Assembly (NCBI GenBank): GCA_001687465.1
Contig: LVLI01000100.1
Location: 1-64,000 of the forward strand
DNA: 64,000 nucleotides
Direction: 5' to 3'
Source: Halocafeteria seosinensis
Taxonomy: Eukaryota
Shown: positions 60,290-64,000 of the stretch, piece by piece
How the letters are laid out: every line of letters begins with the position of its first letter
Position numbering within the stretch: position 1 is the first letter of the stretch
Translations under genes and position numbers: made by a program
The notes under the pieces: model-generated
The model's input: the letters and a program-made list of their open reading frames with translations, nothing else
The model's database searches: none
What the model was told of the DNA's origin: nothing

Positions 60290-61146
60290 CGTTTGTGAGC
60301 GAGTAGTAAACAAATTGTAAACTTCAAATGATAGCTTATTACTAACAAATTCACTCAAATATACAGTGTTGCAGAACTTGGGAAGCAGCAAGCAAGCTAG
60401 TGTGACGTGGCATCCATTTTCCTCAAGTCGGGAACTGACGTGGCCCGCACCCCCACAGTAAAATCAACAAACAAGCATGGTATCCGTATATACTAGAAGT
60501 GCTTGTACTAAATATATTTGCTGGCTACAAGCGAGAACTCTGCAGTCCACTTGGTCCAAACACCAAAGACAGGAATGCTTACGGTCGCAAGCAACTAGTA
60601 TTCCATCCCTAGTGGTATATGTTATACTGCTATTGTCCAGACGGTGGAGCGATATGAAGCAATAAACCTCCAACATCCGAATGTATCTGAAGGAAAGCTA
60701 GTTTCCGAACAAGGACTCGCAGATCCAAGTTGATCAGTACCACAGTTGTACAATCGTTGCATCCGTAGTTGATCATTCAACATCCAACTGATCCAAGTTG
60801 ATCATCCAACCAATGGTCAGTCTTTAAAGCTCCGTTTCTTTCAGTTGGCTCATTCATCCACATTCTTTTCCTGGAACAACTCCTTTACGCGTGTTATTAC
60901 TACTAGTACGGGTACCACTGCTTATACCGCGCCGCAACGGCGGTCGGTGGGCGCACTTTGTGAAGCTGTGTGTATCGATACAGGGTTAATATCTCTCCAT
61001 CGTACTGATTTGATTGTTGATGGCAAACACCCCTCCTCGTTTCGTCGGTATTTTTTTTTTGTGTCCATTCAAGTAAACAGTCTGGTTGGTGTCTCCCATA
61101 TCAGCCTCAGAGGGGCTACAATTCTCGGCGATTGGAGAGGCTTTCC

Positions 61147-63033
61147 ATGGCTAATCAGTCCAATGCACCTCTACAAGAGGAGCAAGAGGTACAAGAAGAG
61201 GAGACCGCAGGTCTCTTGACCCAAAATGGGACCATCCAAACTACCACGAACGCGTGGAAGGAGACGGTGGATGAGGAAACATTGGGGCATTCTCCGCAAA
61301 TCGAACAGGAAGTCGACGAAGAAGCCGAAGATACCTCACTACGTACTCTGTGTAACTTGTACAAGACTTCACCTCAGGTCATAAAGGAGGAAGCAAGGAA
61401 ATGGTGGTCCTTAGCGGTACGTGTGTCACTGTCCATTTTGGTATGAAACAGGCCCCGGGGAACTGGCGTGTCTGAAACTGCAGTGGCCACTGGGAATCAC
61501 GATAGGCGCAAGACTTTCGCTTGTTCTAACAGACGTTGCCATATTGGGACACCTTGGTACTGACTATTTATCTGCTTCTTCTTTAGCGAATATCTGGATT
61601 GTAAGTGAACGTGATAACAGGATCGATGCAATGTGGCCTTAGCTCTCCTGCGTGCTGCAGTTGTTCACTAGCTCTTTTATGGCGTTGTCGTTGGGGAATG
61701 CTGGTAAGTGTTCTATCATACCCTCCTTGTTCCTGTTTCCACCTTACTATGATTGCCCGGCCTTTATGGTATCGACCAGTAAACGCATTGTCTAGCCAAG
61801 CAGTTGGGGCGAAAAACGACTGGTTAGCCAACTGCTGGCTACTGATTGCGCTGTTAACCGCCACAATTTTGTCTGTTTTTGTATCTTTAGCGTGGGGAAT
61901 AGGAGCTCCAATGTTGTCGATTATGGGCCCTGACAATTCCCGAGTAGTCGAGCTGGCTGTTACGTTCTGCAGATGGAATATCCTGAGCGCTTGGCCGACA
62001 CTAGCATACCCTGTGATATCTGCTTGGTTAATGTCTCATAATTGCGTTTTCCCGCTTCTCGCTGTGAGTTTGTTCATGGTAGTGTTCAATCTACTTGCGA
62101 ACCTCCTTCTTGTTCACGGAATGGGGAGCTTTCCAGGTTTGGGGTTCATTGGAAGTCCAATGGCGACGGCGCTATCGCGCTGGGGTGCGCTCGTGTTAGT
62201 CGGTTTTTACGCACGCGCTAAGGGCATGTTTGCTCGATCCTGGCCAGGTCTAAATCCCTGGAACTTTTGCACCAAAGAGCGCTTACACGACTTTTTGGTA
62301 AAGCAGGTCTTGCCTCTCTCGGCTGGGAGAATGGTAGAAGAGTTTCAGTTACAGACCGTAGCACTGCTGGCAGCAAAGCTGGGGTCGGTAGCATTGGCAA
62401 CGCATATGTCCATGTTTGATCTCTATTTCTTTCTTACGTCTACTCTTTACGGCCTGATTAATGCAACCCGAACCCGCGTTGGTCACCATATTGGCCGAGG
62501 TTCCATAAAAATGGCGAAGGTAGCTGGGATCATAGATTTGGTGGTGTCTGTTCTATTGGGTTTAGTTAATGGGTGCCTGATCGTTGGCCTCCATGATTAC
62601 GTTGGTCACGTTTTCTCCGAGGACGAAGCGGTGCTGAAGCAGATTTCCAAAATTAGCAATACGCTGGGACCTGCATATCTCATGATGTCTATTTTCTACG
62701 TGGTACGTTTTTGATGCTGCTAGGTTTCATAAGGTATTTCGTCACGTTTCTTTATTTGGCTGCCTGCAGACAATGTCAATATTGACAGGTCTAGGCCGTC
62801 CTCGTCCTGTTGCGGTTGCGTTTTTGATAGGTGCATGGGGTGTTAGTGTTCCTCTTGGTTACGTTCTTGGGTTCGTCGCTGAACTCGGTATTCTCGGATT
62901 ATGGATTGGTATGACTGTAGGATATGCCGTCGTCTGTGCTATCGCCTCGTTCTACCTACTCCTGTATGTTGATTGGCATGGGGCTGTAGTGGATGCCAAA
63001 GCGAGAAACACGCAAAATTTACCTCCTGGCTAG
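61147..63033 (+). CDS. MATE family transporter (multi-exon)
   Basis: 'LTDVAILGHLGTDYLSASSLAN', 'ALSSQAVGAKN', 'GLGFIGSPMAT', 'TRVGHHIGRG', 'GLGRPRPVA', 'LGILGLWIGM'. About 12 hydrophobic segments. Confidence 0.92.
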
Positions 63034-63060
63034 CCCTATTTGTCACCCGTGCGTGATTAC

Positions 63061-64000
63061 CTAAGACTCAGTTTCGCGACTAGTATTTTGCCGAATCAGA
63101 CCTATCCAGAACTCACTCGGCTGGCGTTGCCTTGTACCGGGGGTGTTTGCAGCTGCGGACTGTCGTTTCTTAACCGCTACACCCATAGTTAACACCAGCA
63201 GACTTGATAATAACGCGAAGAAGACTACATGTCTGGAAAATTGACCCCACGACAAAGCAACGGAGAGCCTCCAGAACTCACGGTACCATCTGTTTTCACT
63301 GGCAGCGAAGAAGTCCGCGTGGTGATGCTTTGGATTGTACTGCTTTGCAACCCCCTATCAATCTTCAAGTCGTAAAATCGTCATATTCCAGTCCCATGTA
63401 GAGTGTTTGGACAATTTCCCAGACCGTCCAGTGATCATTTTGTCGATACCCCACATATCCGTTCATGATAGTGACGACAACCTTGGCTGCATCGATAATG
63501 CCTCGGCAAATGAACTCTGACAGTTCAAATGCCGAAGAAAGCGATAGCGCTTCGATTATTTCCGTCGTGTGCCGCCGACAAATGGACCTCAATTGCCCTA
63601 AAATACCCCGGGACGATTCCAGATGACCCCAGTGGTTTCCATCCAACCTAGCTAGCTGCACGGAGCATTTTGTGCACACCTGATGTAATTGCGGATTGTC
63701 CAGGGCCGTGAATGTCGATAGATTGAGCTGCTGGTCTGTTACCGGAAACCCTTTCAGGATGATGTTGCATTGGAGTAATTCTTCGCAAAGTTCAGCCATG
63801 ACAGCGCTCTGAAGCGAAACAAAAGGTGACTCATTGTCCGCGGCGTCGCTGGCTGTCATGGCATTATAGCTCTTATTGAGGAAGTCATAAGACAGTGTGC
63901 TACTAAGGAAGTGTATGCACGCAACAAAATGATCGTTGAAGACTGTCGTGTTTTCTACGTTGTGAAGAGTTGAATCCCAGTAAGTACCTAAGCCGTCGTC
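63061..64000 (-). CDS. Partial gene running off the window edge; unknown product, possibly with a C-terminal TM segment
   Basis: The frame of ORF 63365-63859 stays open to position 64000. A putative last exon (GATAG|GGG...) leads into ORF 63061-63255 with the hydrophobic stretch VVFFALLSSLLVLTMGVAV. Confidence 0.45.

Overview
This is gene-dense eukaryotic nuclear DNA with short (about 55-110 nt) GT-AG introns. It is most likely from a flagellated stramenopile-like protist, inferred from a 9-TM 'nonagonal'-type cadherin, an ion-channel/adenylyl-cyclase fusion, a division-1/oomycete-like chitin synthase relic and LRRC43. About 21 genes can be supported. In order: LRRC43-like; four tandem, intronless, divergent PP2A B''-like genes (the fourth frameshifted); QDPR; a chitin synthase relic lacking its catalytic core; CCDC6-like; a voltage-sensor/cyclase fusion with a degenerate active site; an unknown gene; an RNF126/115-like E3 ligase; EAF6; UPF0183/PHAF1-like; ISY1; an unknown gene; a secreted Cys-rich protein with 14 x 96-bp repeats; MOB1; a ~4000-aa cadherin/LamG/IPT 9-TM protein; ESS2; a 7-exon lipocalin missed by the ORF track; a MATE transporter; and a partial gene at the right edge. 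The most unusual observations are a MOB1 with all four zinc ligands replaced by hydrophobic residues, the pseudo-cyclase, the B'' array lacking EF-hand 1, and the eroded chitin synthase. All family calls come from manual motif recognition and recalled reference sequences; no database searches were run. I recognised no rRNA, tRNA, CRISPR array or intact transposon.
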